From contig WFSG01000012.1 of assembly GCA_015486075.1 (NCBI GenBank), positions 21,096-85,095 of the forward strand: 64,000 nucleotides of DNA, in the 5' to 3' direction. Origin of the DNA: Deltaproteobacteria bacterium (lineage in GTDB: Bacteria > Desulfobacterota > Desulfomonilia > UBA1062). Shown piece after piece: positions 1 to 10,222 of the stretch. Each line of letters starts with the position of its first letter. Position 1 is the stretch's first letter. Position numbers and translations under genes: made by a program. The notes under the pieces are model-generated. The model ran no database searches. It was not told the DNA's origin and saw nothing but the letters and a program-made list of their open reading frames with translations.

Positions 1-2
1 AG

Positions 3-308
3 CCCTATTCACTGAGATATATAGGTTCACTGGTTGCTGACTTCCACAGGAACCTGTTGTACGGAGGTATCTTTCTCTATCCCGAGGATACCAAGGATCC
101 AAAGAAACCAACAGGGAAACTAAGACTGCTTTACGAGGCAAATCCCCTTGCCTACGTCGTAGAACAGGCAGGGGGATATGCGAGTACGGGTTATGAGAGG
201 ATACTTGACATCAAGCCCAGGGACCTACACCAGAGAGTACCACTCATAATAGGTTCAAAACTGGACGTGCTCGAGTACGAAAAGTTTGCAAAAAGGAACA
301 ACATGTAA
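3..308 (+). CDS. fbp: Class 1 fructose-1,6-bisphosphatase, C-terminal part (5' truncated by window edge)
   Basis: Frame open from position 3: [27 protein letters not shown]...[11 protein letters not shown]...[10 protein letters not shown], the FBPase I C-terminal motifs. Confidence 0.95.
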   Translation, partial: PYSLRYIGSLVADFHRNLLYGGIFLYPEDTKDPKKPTGKLRLLYEANPLAYVVEQAGGYASTGYERILDIKPRDLHQRVPLIIGSKLDVLEYEKFAKRNNM

Positions 309-342
309 TAAGGATATCCTAGCCCAGCGAGGAGGTGTTATT

Positions 343-1620
343 ATGGGAAATTATTACGCAGACTTCGAAAAGGCCCTTGGGATAGGAAGGCCACCGAATA
401 TAAAAAGGCTTTTCCCCAATTCCAGGGCACTGATAGTAAGTGGCAAGGTAATAGACAGGGCAATGACCAAGAAGGGTAAGGCCATGACAATAGCCGCAAA
501 CGGCAGGAACAGCATTGTCATACGAGGTGCATTGAGGGCTGCTCAGAGGGCAAGGGCAGCCATCATAGTAGAAATAGCAAGGTCTGAGAGCAACTATTGC
601 CTGGTCAACATGTGGAACATAGCCATGTATGTGAACTCGTTTATGAATGAACTGGGTATAACCGTTCCTGTTGCAGTACACGCAGACCACTTTGCAATAA
701 AGACAGAGGCAGATGTTGAACCCGCGAGGACAGTTATCCCATCGATATTCGATGCCGGGATTACATCCATTGCCATTGATGCCTCACACCTCACGGATGA
801 CAAGAATCTCCTTGCCAATATAACACTGTCCAGGTACATACCAAGGTGGGCCGGCTATGAGACCGAGGTGGGAGAGATAAAGGGTGCGGAGGGTCTTTCC
901 ACTGTGGAGGATGCACTGTTCCTTATACAGGGACTCAACGCCAACAGGATATACCCGGACTGGATTGCATTGAATAATGGTACCACGCACGGCATACAGG
1001 AAAGCGATGCAGGCATACAGGTGGAGCTTACAACAGAGATACACAAGGCACTTGAAAAGTACGGTATATCAGGGGCCCAGCATGGGACGTCTGGTAACAA
1101 CAAGGAAAGGCTAAAGAGGATTGCCAGTGAGACAAATACAACCAAGGCCAACGTTGCAACCGCCCTACAGATGCTATCCTGGGGTGTTAAGGTTAACGAG
1201 TACGGTAATGCCATTCTTAATGAGGATGGCTCGTTTGCAAAGGTACCTGGCCAGGGGATGAGTGACGAGCTCTGGTCAGAGATGGTGGATTATGCCAGCT
1301 CCAAGTCATTGAAGGGCGGTGATTACAAAAAACTTAACCTGCCGTTCGAACCCAGATTGCTTTCGCAACCGCAAGATATAAAGGAAAGGATGGAATACGC
1401 CGTAGAGGATTTTGTCTACGACCTGCTGGTGAACGTATTCAATGCATCAGACACTGCAGATCTTGCAGTAGAGACCATTCTAGAGGCAGGGTCCCATTAC
1501 CTTGGGCCCAAGGGACAACCGTTGGAAGACCCTGAAGAGTGGACTTACGAAAAGATACTGGAAAAAGGAGCCAAGGTGCAGGCTGGGGTTGCCACATCAG
1601 GTGGAAACTATGATGACTGA
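343..1620 (+). CDS. fba: Class II fructose-bisphosphate aldolase
   Basis: HADH, IDASH, ETEVGEI, NGTTHG, AQHGTSG and KANVAT motifs; GGAGGT RBS before ATG 343; adjacent to fbp. Confidence 0.9.
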   Translation: MGNYYADFEKALGIGRPPNIKRLFPNSRALIVSGKVIDRAMTKKGKAMTIAANGRNSIVIRGALRAAQRARAAIIVEIARSESNYCLVNMWNIAMYVNSFMNELGITVPVAVHADHFAIKTEADVEPARTVIPSIFDAGITSIAIDASHLTDDKNLLANITLSRYIPRWAGYETEVGEIKGAEGLSTVEDALFLIQGLNANRIYPDWIALNNGTTHGIQESDAGIQVELTTEIHKALEKYGISGAQHGTSGNNKERLKRIASETNTTKANVATALQMLSWGVKVNEYGNAILNEDGSFAKVPGQGMSDELWSEMVDYASSKSLKGGDYKKLNLPFEPRLLSQPQDIKERMEYAVEDFVYDLLVNVFNASDTADLAVETILEAGSHYLGPKGQPLEDPEEWTYEKILEKGAKVQAGVATSGGNYDD

Positions 1621-1700
1621 ACCGCGCCAGGGATCTTGACGTTGGTCAAGTGCTGTGGCATTAGACATACACCAAAAACATCTGAACCAGGAAGGAAATC

Positions 1701-2995
<1,295 letters not shown>

Positions 2996-3001
2996 AACAA
3001 A

Positions 3002-3092
3002 AACAGGTACAAGGCACAAGGTGTAAGGCATAAGGTGTCGGGTTTCAGATGCCGGGTAAATAACCTGATAGCTAAAAGCTGATAGCTAAGTA
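3002..3092 (+). repeat. Degenerate heptamer tandem repeat
   Basis: In-phase 7-mers: aacaggt acaaggc acaaggt gtaaggc ataaggt gtcgggt ttcagat gccgggt aaataac ctgatag ctaaaag ctgatag ctaagta. Confidence 0.6.
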
Positions 3093-3207
3093 AAAGTAAA
3101 AATATAATTCGAGCCGAGTTTTAGCCAAACCAGCAACGGTGATGGCTTTGCCCTTTGCCTTTATTACGGTGTTTTACCTTCAATGATTCACTTTCATAGG
3201 CTTTTAT

Positions 3208-4635
3208 ATGATAGATGGGATACGTGCAAGATACATGGATTATTATTGGGAACCTGTGACCCAAAGACGGATGAGGAGCGTGTACAGGCTTGTCAGGCAA
3301 GGTCACCACACGCTATACATTAAGGTCTATCATCCTAGGTCAGCCCTTCAGATGCTAAGAAACCTCTTGGCACCAAAGACGCTGAAAGAGGCACGTATGC
3401 TCTACGTGCTTGCCAGGCATGGTATGAAAGTACCATTGGTGACAAACCACTTAAAGATACACACTGTGTCCGCTCTTGTCACAAGGGGTATAGAAGGATC
3501 TATGCCACTGTGGAGGCTCGACGAGACCTCCAGGGTGAAGGTGATGCTGGACATGGCTTTGTCTCTACTGCAAAGGGGTTTCTATCACAGGGATTTCCAT
3601 GTAGGTAACATCATGATAGATGAGAAAGGTAATAGTTACCTCCTGGATGTATACGGTGTGTACAAGGCAAGGAAGGTTAAAGAGAGACACGTTGTGGGCA
3701 TGCTGTCCCAGATCCTTATGGCACATAGCCCGGCGGATGATGTGTTGACTGAGGATTACTTGAACGGACTTCCCTTTGTGAAACACGTACAGACCGTTGT
3801 AGAAAAGGCAAGACTTCGTGCCGAGGCCAAGAGGAAAAGCTGGGTCAGGGGTAATGTAAGGCGTTCGCTACGTAGCGGCAGTTTCTCGGATAAGGTAAGG
3901 ACAGGTGAGTATTTTGCCTTCGTAAGGAAGGGAATATCCCTTGACCTGGACAAGATTATGGCTTGCCACAGGGATAACATGTCAAGGGGTGTAGACATAC
4001 TCAAGCTACAGGAAAAGACTCAGTTGAGCAGGGTAAATGGCTATTGCGTAAAGACCTATGCCAGTCCAGGGCCAATAGCCAGACCATATGCCCTGAGGGC
4101 ATGGAAGGGACTGTTAACCCTTTATTTTAACGCCGTACCCGTCCCAGAGCCCGTGGCCGTTGTTGTGTTCAGGGATAGATCGAGCATGCTAATAACAGGG
4201 TTTCTTGATCTTGCGACACTGGACAAGATCCTTTATCATGATTACAGTGACATGGAAAATACCGACAAGGTGAGGATGTTGAAGTACCTCGGAAGACTGG
4301 TGGGACAGATGCACTACTTGGGAATTTACCATGCAGACCTTAAGGCGTGTAATTTCCTCGTGGATGCCGACCAAAGGATATTTATCGTGGATACGGACAG
4401 GGTAACCCAGTCGAGGGCTGTAACCAGAAGAAGGAGGATTAAGAACCTTGTGCAATTAAATACAAGCATACCTTTGGGCGTGCCAAGGAGCGCCAGGATG
4501 CGTTTTATATGGGCATATGCAGAGGTAATGCATGAACAGCCCAGGGAACTCTTCAATAAGGTATGGAAGCTATCCAGGCACAGGGATATAGTCTATACCA
4601 CTAGCCAGGGGGACAAGGTAGAGGCATGGGACTAA
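3208..4635 (+). CDS. Lipopolysaccharide kinase (Kdo/WaaP/InaA family), two tandem kinase domains
   Basis: Two catalytic loops FYHRDFHVGNIMI and IYHADLKACNFLV; C-terminal RRIKNLVQLNTS..SARMRFIWAY typical of WaaP-like kinases. Confidence 0.8.
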   Translation: MIDGIRARYMDYYWEPVTQRRMRSVYRLVRQGHHTLYIKVYHPRSALQMLRNLLAPKTLKEARMLYVLARHGMKVPLVTNHLKIHTVSALVTRGIEGSMPLWRLDETSRVKVMLDMALSLLQRGFYHRDFHVGNIMIDEKGNSYLLDVYGVYKARKVKERHVVGMLSQILMAHSPADDVLTEDYLNGLPFVKHVQTVVEKARLRAEAKRKSWVRGNVRRSLRSGSFSDKVRTGEYFAFVRKGISLDLDKIMACHRDNMSRGVDILKLQEKTQLSRVNGYCVKTYASPGPIARPYALRAWKGLLTLYFNAVPVPEPVAVVVFRDRSSMLITGFLDLATLDKILYHDYSDMENTDKVRMLKYLGRLVGQMHYLGIYHADLKACNFLVDADQRIFIVDTDRVTQSRAVTRRRRIKNLVQLNTSIPLGVPRSARMRFIWAYAEVMHEQPRELFNKVWKLSRHRDIVYTTSQGDKVEAWD

Positions 4636-4976
4636 CCCTTGTAGTCCTTTATCACGCTGGAGGGATCTGTGCGAACCTTTTCCAACTTTGCCTTGAAATC
4701 ATCGGGGGGCTTCACACCTGCCTTTTTCAGCATGTACTCTGCATGAAGACCTATGTTCCTGGTGTCCCTGTAGAAACTATCGTCATGCCTGGCGAGGGGG
4801 TTATAGGACTCTAGTCTCTCTTCTTGGGATGATATGGAATTTACCCTGGATATCATCCTCTTAAGCCTGCTAGAGCCGCATACCCTGCAGGTGAGGCCTT
4901 CCGGGTCCTTGAAACCCTGTACGAACTCAGTTGTAATGCTTCCGCAATCAGAACACCTGTACTCGTATATAGGCAT
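4632..4976 (-). CDS. FmdB-family zinc-ribbon regulatory protein
   Basis: MPIYEYRCSDCG...CRVCGSSRLKRMIS; start moved to the MPIYEY ATG at 4976. Confidence 0.9.
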   Translation of the reverse strand: MPIYEYRCSDCGSITTEFVQGFKDPEGLTCRVCGSSRLKRMISRVNSISSQEERLESYNPLARHDDSFYRDTRNIGLHAEYMLKKAGVKPPDDFKAKLEKVRTDPSSVIKDYKG

Positions 4977-5007
4977 GTCTATCCTATACCAACATGGCAT
5001 CATATTT

Positions 5008-5904
5008 TCAAGGTGTAACCTTTTCACGTTTATATTCAATTGGTGATTTTTGCTTGTAGAGTTCCTTTCTCAATGCCTCCAGTTGATCGTCTTTTTTGCC
5101 GAGGTAGCCGGCCGCTGTTATCACCCTTACGCCCCTTTTCTTGCCCCACTCGATTACCTCTGCTAGCCTCTGCTTCCACCTCAAGTCCCTGAGCAGGTGG
5201 TGATCAACAACCAAGGTCTCAATGGGACACTCCTCAATAAGCTTAACCATGTTTTTCTTTGATGCCTGTAAGTGCTGCTTGCTGTACTTGAATCCCAGCA
5301 TGGATGTCATTGGCCCGTCCAGTATAACCAGGTTTGGCCTGTTACTTAGTATGAAATCCGCTTGGCCATCCATGGCTGGGCCCTCCACGTCTGATGTATG
5401 TATGAACCTATAGCCATCGTCGATGAGCACCTCTATTACGAAACCTAGCTTCTCATCTGTCCCATGGAATACAGGCCTGGATATTACTATCCTTGTGCCT
5501 GAAAAACTGAATTCCTTGCCATCAGCATGTATTATTTCTGCGGGAAGTCCATCTATGCTGGATAAAAATTCTTTGGCCCTTCTTGCCTGGTTCTTGTTTA
5601 TGTAGGATGTGGGGTTCTTGATGAGTAGGATTTTATTCCTGTATATTTCGAAGCCCTCTGAGGGATTATAATGGTCATGGTGATAATGTGTGAGTATCAC
5701 CACATCGCAGGATCTGGCCCTTTGCTGAATTTCCTTCCAGTGTATGGCCATCCTTTTCTTCTCCAAGGGGTGTGGTTCCAGTCCATACCTCTTAGGCGCA
5801 ATGGATACACCGGGATCAATAATAATCCTGACATCTGAGGTCTCTACAAGGGTACACATGGACCTCGTCCCAAGGGAATCAAATGCAATGGGTGTTACCT
5901 TCAT
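5008..5904 (-). CDS. MBL-fold metallo-hydrolase, UPF0282 family
   Basis: FDSLGTRSMCT, IIDPGVS, THYHHDH, VFHG, HTSDVEGP, LDGP and VDHHLLRD motifs. Confidence 0.85.
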   Translation of the reverse strand: MKVTPIAFDSLGTRSMCTLVETSDVRIIIDPGVSIAPKRYGLEPHPLEKKRMAIHWKEIQQRARSCDVVILTHYHHDHYNPSEGFEIYRNKILLIKNPTSYINKNQARRAKEFLSSIDGLPAEIIHADGKEFSFSGTRIVISRPVFHGTDEKLGFVIEVLIDDGYRFIHTSDVEGPAMDGQADFILSNRPNLVILDGPMTSMLGFKYSKQHLQASKKNMVKLIEECPIETLVVDHHLLRDLRWKQRLAEVIEWGKKRGVRVITAAGYLGKKDDQLEALRKELYKQKSPIEYKREKVTP

Positions 5905-8567
5905 GATTTGCTTAAAATTCTCACTATGCCTTTGTTGCCGTCCACTTGTATTATTTGGCCAGTCTTTATTATCCTTGTTGCAGAACCCACGTTAACCACG
6001 GCAGGAATACCGTACTCCCTGGCAACAATACTGCCGTGGCTCAATATCCCGCCTTGGTCCATCACGATACCAGATGCAGGCATGAAGTAGGGAGTCCATC
6101 CCGGGTCCGTAAAAGGTGCCACCAGTATCTCCCCGGGTAGTACCTGATCACCGGGTTTCAGGTCAAGTATCACGCGGGCAGGTCCCATTGCCACGCCGGG
6201 ACTCACAGCAAGGCCCTGCAACTTATCATCTTGCTCCACCCCGCTGTCCGGTATAAAGTTGTCCGGGTTGAACCTACCCACTATCACCTTTGGTGGAACA
6301 ACTTTCAGGTTTCTCTGGTATTCGGACTTTCTTGATTCAATTACGGCTTTCACGTCGAAACCTGGCTTTTCCTTATTAATCTTAGGTACCTCCTCTATGG
6401 TTAAAAAGAATATGTCATCTGCATGGTCTAGTATATTCCGTTTTTCGAACCTTCTCCCCATCTCGATGAGGAGGAAGCGCATCATGGTGAAATGCCTCAT
6501 GGCAGCGCTTTTGAAGTTCTCTCTCATCTTGCTCCAGCCCTGTGTCTGTCCCAGGAATAGATTGAATAGGGAGCGCTTTAGTGGATTTCTCAGTGTTGCC
6601 CTGCATTTCTCGGCCAGTTCATTGCTCTCCTTTGCCCTTTGGACATGGCTCTTCACGGGATCAACCTTTCCCATGTCATTAAGGTAAGATCTAACCATGC
6701 CAAGGATGTAGTCTGGCCTTTCCGACCACCTTGGGTTTGAGAGCTCGTACTCTCCCCTTGTATGATGGCCGTGTTCCTTGACAAATGCCTTCCATTGAAC
6801 CATGAATTCAGGACCACCATGAATGCCAGTTAGCATTTCCCTAGTTTTATTCCAGGTCTCACTTTTTCTTATTATTTCTTCCACTTTCGGGTACTTGTGA
6901 GCGGTCCTAGCTAGGCGCCACAAATCAAGGCCTGCTTCAGCGCTGTCTATGCCACCTATGCCTGCAAGTAGCCTGTTTACGCATGTACCATCGGTATCCT
7001 TGATCCACCTTTTGCATATGGCATCCAGAATGAAGTAGGAAAGCATGCCAAAGCCAGCTAGACCTGCTGCACCGATGAAATCGAGCAGATCGTCCATTGC
7101 CTTTTCGATGGCTTCACTTATATCGTTGTCCGTAAAACTTGATAGATCCGCAGAAAGTATCCTGCTAGCCCTTGTTCTTATCTCTGAGATGAAGACATCA
7201 CCTTTTCCATGCGAGTGGGATATGAACCTGTGTATAAACCCTGGCACTTTCATCAACATCCTTGGAAGGCTAAATTTGAGGTCCGGTATATCCTCTTGCC
7301 TTATTGTAAACTGGCTTGAAGCAACTACCTTGTCCTGTTCACCTCCAAAGAGCTGCGTTACGTCCACCTTTCTCAATGGTGGAAAGTTTTTGAGCATGGC
7401 CATTATGGTGTTCAGGTTGAAGTACACACGCCCGGCAATCTGGGTCATGAGCGGGTGTTTACCGAAGTCAAGGCCGACTCCCCCAACCAGGGGGTCGAAC
7501 AGGGCCAAGGCACCTGGCTCAACCACGGACCAGGTCATGGGTGTTATTACGTCCGGAAATATCTCACCACTGTTCAGGTTTGTCCATACCTGCCTTTCCT
7601 CCCAAGGTCTTTCTGTTGGGATAGTGGTGATGGGCCTTGACTGGAGCAAGAATATCTCGTCGCCTCTTATGGCCCACTCTATGTCCTGCGGTGTGCCGCT
7701 AGCCTGCTCGACTTTCATGACCATCTTGGCAATATCCTTTGCCTGGACCTCATCTATGCTTGCTTTCTTCCTCGTGTCAGGGTCCAGGTTCTCAAAGTAC
7801 AATCCCTTCTCTCCGGGTACGCTCTTTATCTTTTTGTCGGACGTGGTGGTTGATACAATGGTGAAGTCTTTCTTGGATATGGTAATCCTGTCAGGTGTGA
7901 CCCTGCCGGACACAAGCGATTCACCCATGCCGAAACATGACTCTATGATTATGACGTCGGTATTCCCACTTACAGGATCTGCCGTAAACGCCACACCGGA
8001 TGCATCTGCTTCCACCAGTTCCTGGACTATGACTGCCATGTCAGCCCCCTGATGTTCAAACCCCCTTTGAGCCCTGTATTCAAATCCACGCTCTGTCCAG
8101 AGAGATGCCCAACACTTCCTGATGGCTTCCACGCAGGCATTAAGGTCTCCTATGCCAAGGTAGGTCTCGTATTGACCTGCAAACGAGTGTCCTGGTAAAT
8201 CCTCGGCAGTTGCTGATGACCTTACTGCAACACTTTGTGGGGAGAGCTCGAGATAATGTTTCTCTATGTCCTTGTATAGAGACTTCTGGATGGACGAACC
8301 TATTATTTTTTGCCTAATGAGGGCAAGTGTATCACGCTTGATCTCTATTGGTTGGCTGTTAATACCTTCTAGGTACTTGGCAATTAGGGCCTTCATATCG
8401 CCCGTGTTCATGAATTCCCTGTAGGCTTGACCGGTTATGCAGAAACCCCTAGGTACATTAATTCCTTTGATACGCATCAGGCGTGCAAGGCTCATGGCCT
8501 TTGTCCCTACAAGAGATTCGTCACCATCAAGTATCTCAGAAAGAAAGACGACCTTGCCACTTATCAT
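5901..8567 (-). CDS. PEP/pyruvate-binding (ATP-grasp) plus PEP-utilising His-swivel protein, rifampin-phosphotransferase/PigC-like architecture
   Basis: N-terminal GTKA, AVRSSATAED, SFAGQYET, PQDIEWA, LQSRPITT; long central domain; C-terminal TDPGWTP..GGILSHGSIVAREYGIPAV; no C-terminal pyruvate-binding TIM barrel. Confidence 0.85.
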   Translation of the reverse strand: MISGKVVFLSEILDGDESLVGTKAMSLARLMRIKGINVPRGFCITGQAYREFMNTGDMKALIAKYLEGINSQPIEIKRDTLALIRQKIIGSSIQKSLYKDIEKHYLELSPQSVAVRSSATAEDLPGHSFAGQYETYLGIGDLNACVEAIRKCWASLWTERGFEYRAQRGFEHQGADMAVIVQELVEADASGVAFTADPVSGNTDVIIIESCFGMGESLVSGRVTPDRITISKKDFTIVSTTTSDKKIKSVPGEKGLYFENLDPDTRKKASIDEVQAKDIAKMVMKVEQASGTPQDIEWAIRGDEIFLLQSRPITTIPTERPWEERQVWTNLNSGEIFPDVITPMTWSVVEPGALALFDPLVGGVGLDFGKHPLMTQIAGRVYFNLNTIMAMLKNFPPLRKVDVTQLFGGEQDKVVASSQFTIRQEDIPDLKFSLPRMLMKVPGFIHRFISHSHGKGDVFISEIRTRASRILSADLSSFTDNDISEAIEKAMDDLLDFIGAAGLAGFGMLSYFILDAICKRWIKDTDGTCVNRLLAGIGGIDSAEAGLDLWRLARTAHKYPKVEEIIRKSETWNKTREMLTGIHGGPEFMVQWKAFVKEHGHHTRGEYELSNPRWSERPDYILGMVRSYLNDMGKVDPVKSHVQRAKESNELAEKCRATLRNPLKRSLFNLFLGQTQGWSKMRENFKSAAMRHFTMMRFLLIEMGRRFEKRNILDHADDIFFLTIEEVPKINKEKPGFDVKAVIESRKSEYQRNLKVVPPKVIVGRFNPDNFIPDSGVEQDDKLQGLAVSPGVAMGPARVILDLKPGDQVLPGEILVAPFTDPGWTPYFMPASGIVMDQGGILSHGSIVAREYGIPAVVNVGSATRIIKTGQIIQVDGNKGIVRILSKS

Positions 8568-8889
8568 CTGGAGCTCCTTGAAATCTGGAATAGTCGGTTA
8601 GGGGCCCATGTAAGCCCGTAACCTACCCAATTTCTATTATACGGATAATATAAGAAGAGATATTAGCAGGACAAGTATAAAGCCTGTTCTTCTATCCCCA
8701 TGGCCTCGGGTGTAGGAGACCGCATTAAGGCTAAGGAGCCCTTGAGACGAGGCGTTTCGGCTTTTACTAATTTTGGCCTGTAGGTCTTCTCGTGGTAATT
8801 TAGTTATCAATAATGTTCAAAAATATGTTATAATGTTCCGATATATAATGAACTTGGGTACATAATAAAATACTCCAGGGGGCAAATGC

Positions 8890-10044
8890 ATGGATAAAGG
8901 CATTATTGATACCAGGATAAAGCAGAGGCTCGATCTCGATAAGCAGAAAATAGCAGAGCTTTCGGAACAGCTCAATAAGCCCATTACCTTTATTGAAAAG
9001 ATGGTTGTTGATGGATGTTACTCGCTGTTTTTCGACGTGTTTGGCAAGTGGACCCGTACGGAGGTAGATAAAGAGGCCGCAATGTTGGCCAATGAGAGGT
9101 ATGGAGACTATTTTCCAGAAACTCTAAAGGATTCCCTGGATGATTTTCTCGGCGATCCCAAGGGCTACGTGGAAAAGGTAGAAGAGTATGAAAGAATCTG
9201 TCCTCCCGTAGAGGTAGAATTCAGGACTTGGCCTGAGCCTTTCAAGCTCATAACTCGTGATCCCTCAAGACGCATGCAAGAGATTCTGGCTGAGATGGCA
9301 GTTCTATCCAACTACTTAGCTGAACGTGGTAGAAAGTCATATTATGCACTTGATATAGGTACAGGTTATGGCAGGCTTGCAAGGGCAATAGAGGCCGTGC
9401 TGAGATACCTCGATTATGAAGACAAAGATTATAGAGTGTTTGGTACTGACCTCTCCGTATCTAATATAGAAGATGCGAAGAATTTGAGCAGAAGGATTTC
9501 ATCAGACATAGTCTTTCTCCAGAGCGACATGAACAAGCTTCCTTTCCCATCACATACCTTTGACCTAGTTAACACAGCAGATGCAGGTTACCTTAACCTC
9601 AGGCATAGAAGGCCTTTCTACATAGCAGAGATCGCCAGGGTTATAAGTACAAATAATGGCAGGGGATGCATATCTAACCCTAACGAGTACACCACACTAA
9701 AGGAATACCTGTATGTGATGATGAGGACCAACAGCAGCACGTACATGAATCCTATGAACATAGTAAAGATCTTGGTGCTCGGCCCGTGTGTCATACATCT
9801 GGATGACCTTGTAAAACAGAGGGTTGACTGGAAGCTGACCACTACCCAGGATATGGTAGACACCCTGAAGGACACATTAAAGGCAGAGATGATAAGTGTA
9901 AACAACTGGCCTGAAAAGGGTGGGCCTTCCATATACAGTGGCTATACCTTTGGTATTGGTAAAAAGACGAAAAGTGTACTCAAGAAATACATAGAGTACA
10001 GGGAGGCCGAGGAAGACGCAAAGGATTGGGTCAAGGTGGACTAG
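8890..10044 (+). CDS. Class I SAM-dependent methyltransferase with N-terminal extension
   Basis: ALDIGTGYG, GTDLS, SDMNKLPFPSHTFDLV, EIARVI. Confidence 0.75.
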   Translation: MDKGIIDTRIKQRLDLDKQKIAELSEQLNKPITFIEKMVVDGCYSLFFDVFGKWTRTEVDKEAAMLANERYGDYFPETLKDSLDDFLGDPKGYVEKVEEYERICPPVEVEFRTWPEPFKLITRDPSRRMQEILAEMAVLSNYLAERGRKSYYALDIGTGYGRLARAIEAVLRYLDYEDKDYRVFGTDLSVSNIEDAKNLSRRISSDIVFLQSDMNKLPFPSHTFDLVNTADAGYLNLRHRRPFYIAEIARVISTNNGRGCISNPNEYTTLKEYLYVMMRTNSSTYMNPMNIVKILVLGPCVIHLDDLVKQRVDWKLTTTQDMVDTLKDTLKAEMISVNNWPEKGGPSIYSGYTFGIGKKTKSVLKKYIEYREAEEDAKDWVKVD

Positions 10045-10222
10045 TCTACGGGATCAGGCCAGGGTCCCCTCGGATACGATCTTCTATAGAGTCTTAAAAA
10101 AGCAAGGTCGTTGTTTTCTAACAATACACTTGGCACTTTGAGAATTCCCTATTATTATATTGTTATGGATATTCTTTTACTATTGCAACTGAATGAATTG
10201 AAGATATAAAATAGGAGGTTCC

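Noticed and set aside
3002..3092. CRISPR array
   Set aside because: Units are 7 nt, degenerate and lack spacers; no cas genes in the window.
7045..8052. Long antisense ORF (335 aa) and the many other antisense/nested ORFs in the track
   Set aside because: They lie opposite or inside well-supported genes, show no recognisable motifs, and have the Ser/Pro/Ile-rich composition typical of shadow frames.
5901..8567. Annotation as PEP synthase (ppsA) or as a proven rifampin-resistance gene
   Set aside because: The His domain is C-terminal and the pyruvate-binding barrel is absent, so it is not PpsA. The substrate cannot be inferred from architecture, and I saw no convincing rifamycin-associated element upstream.
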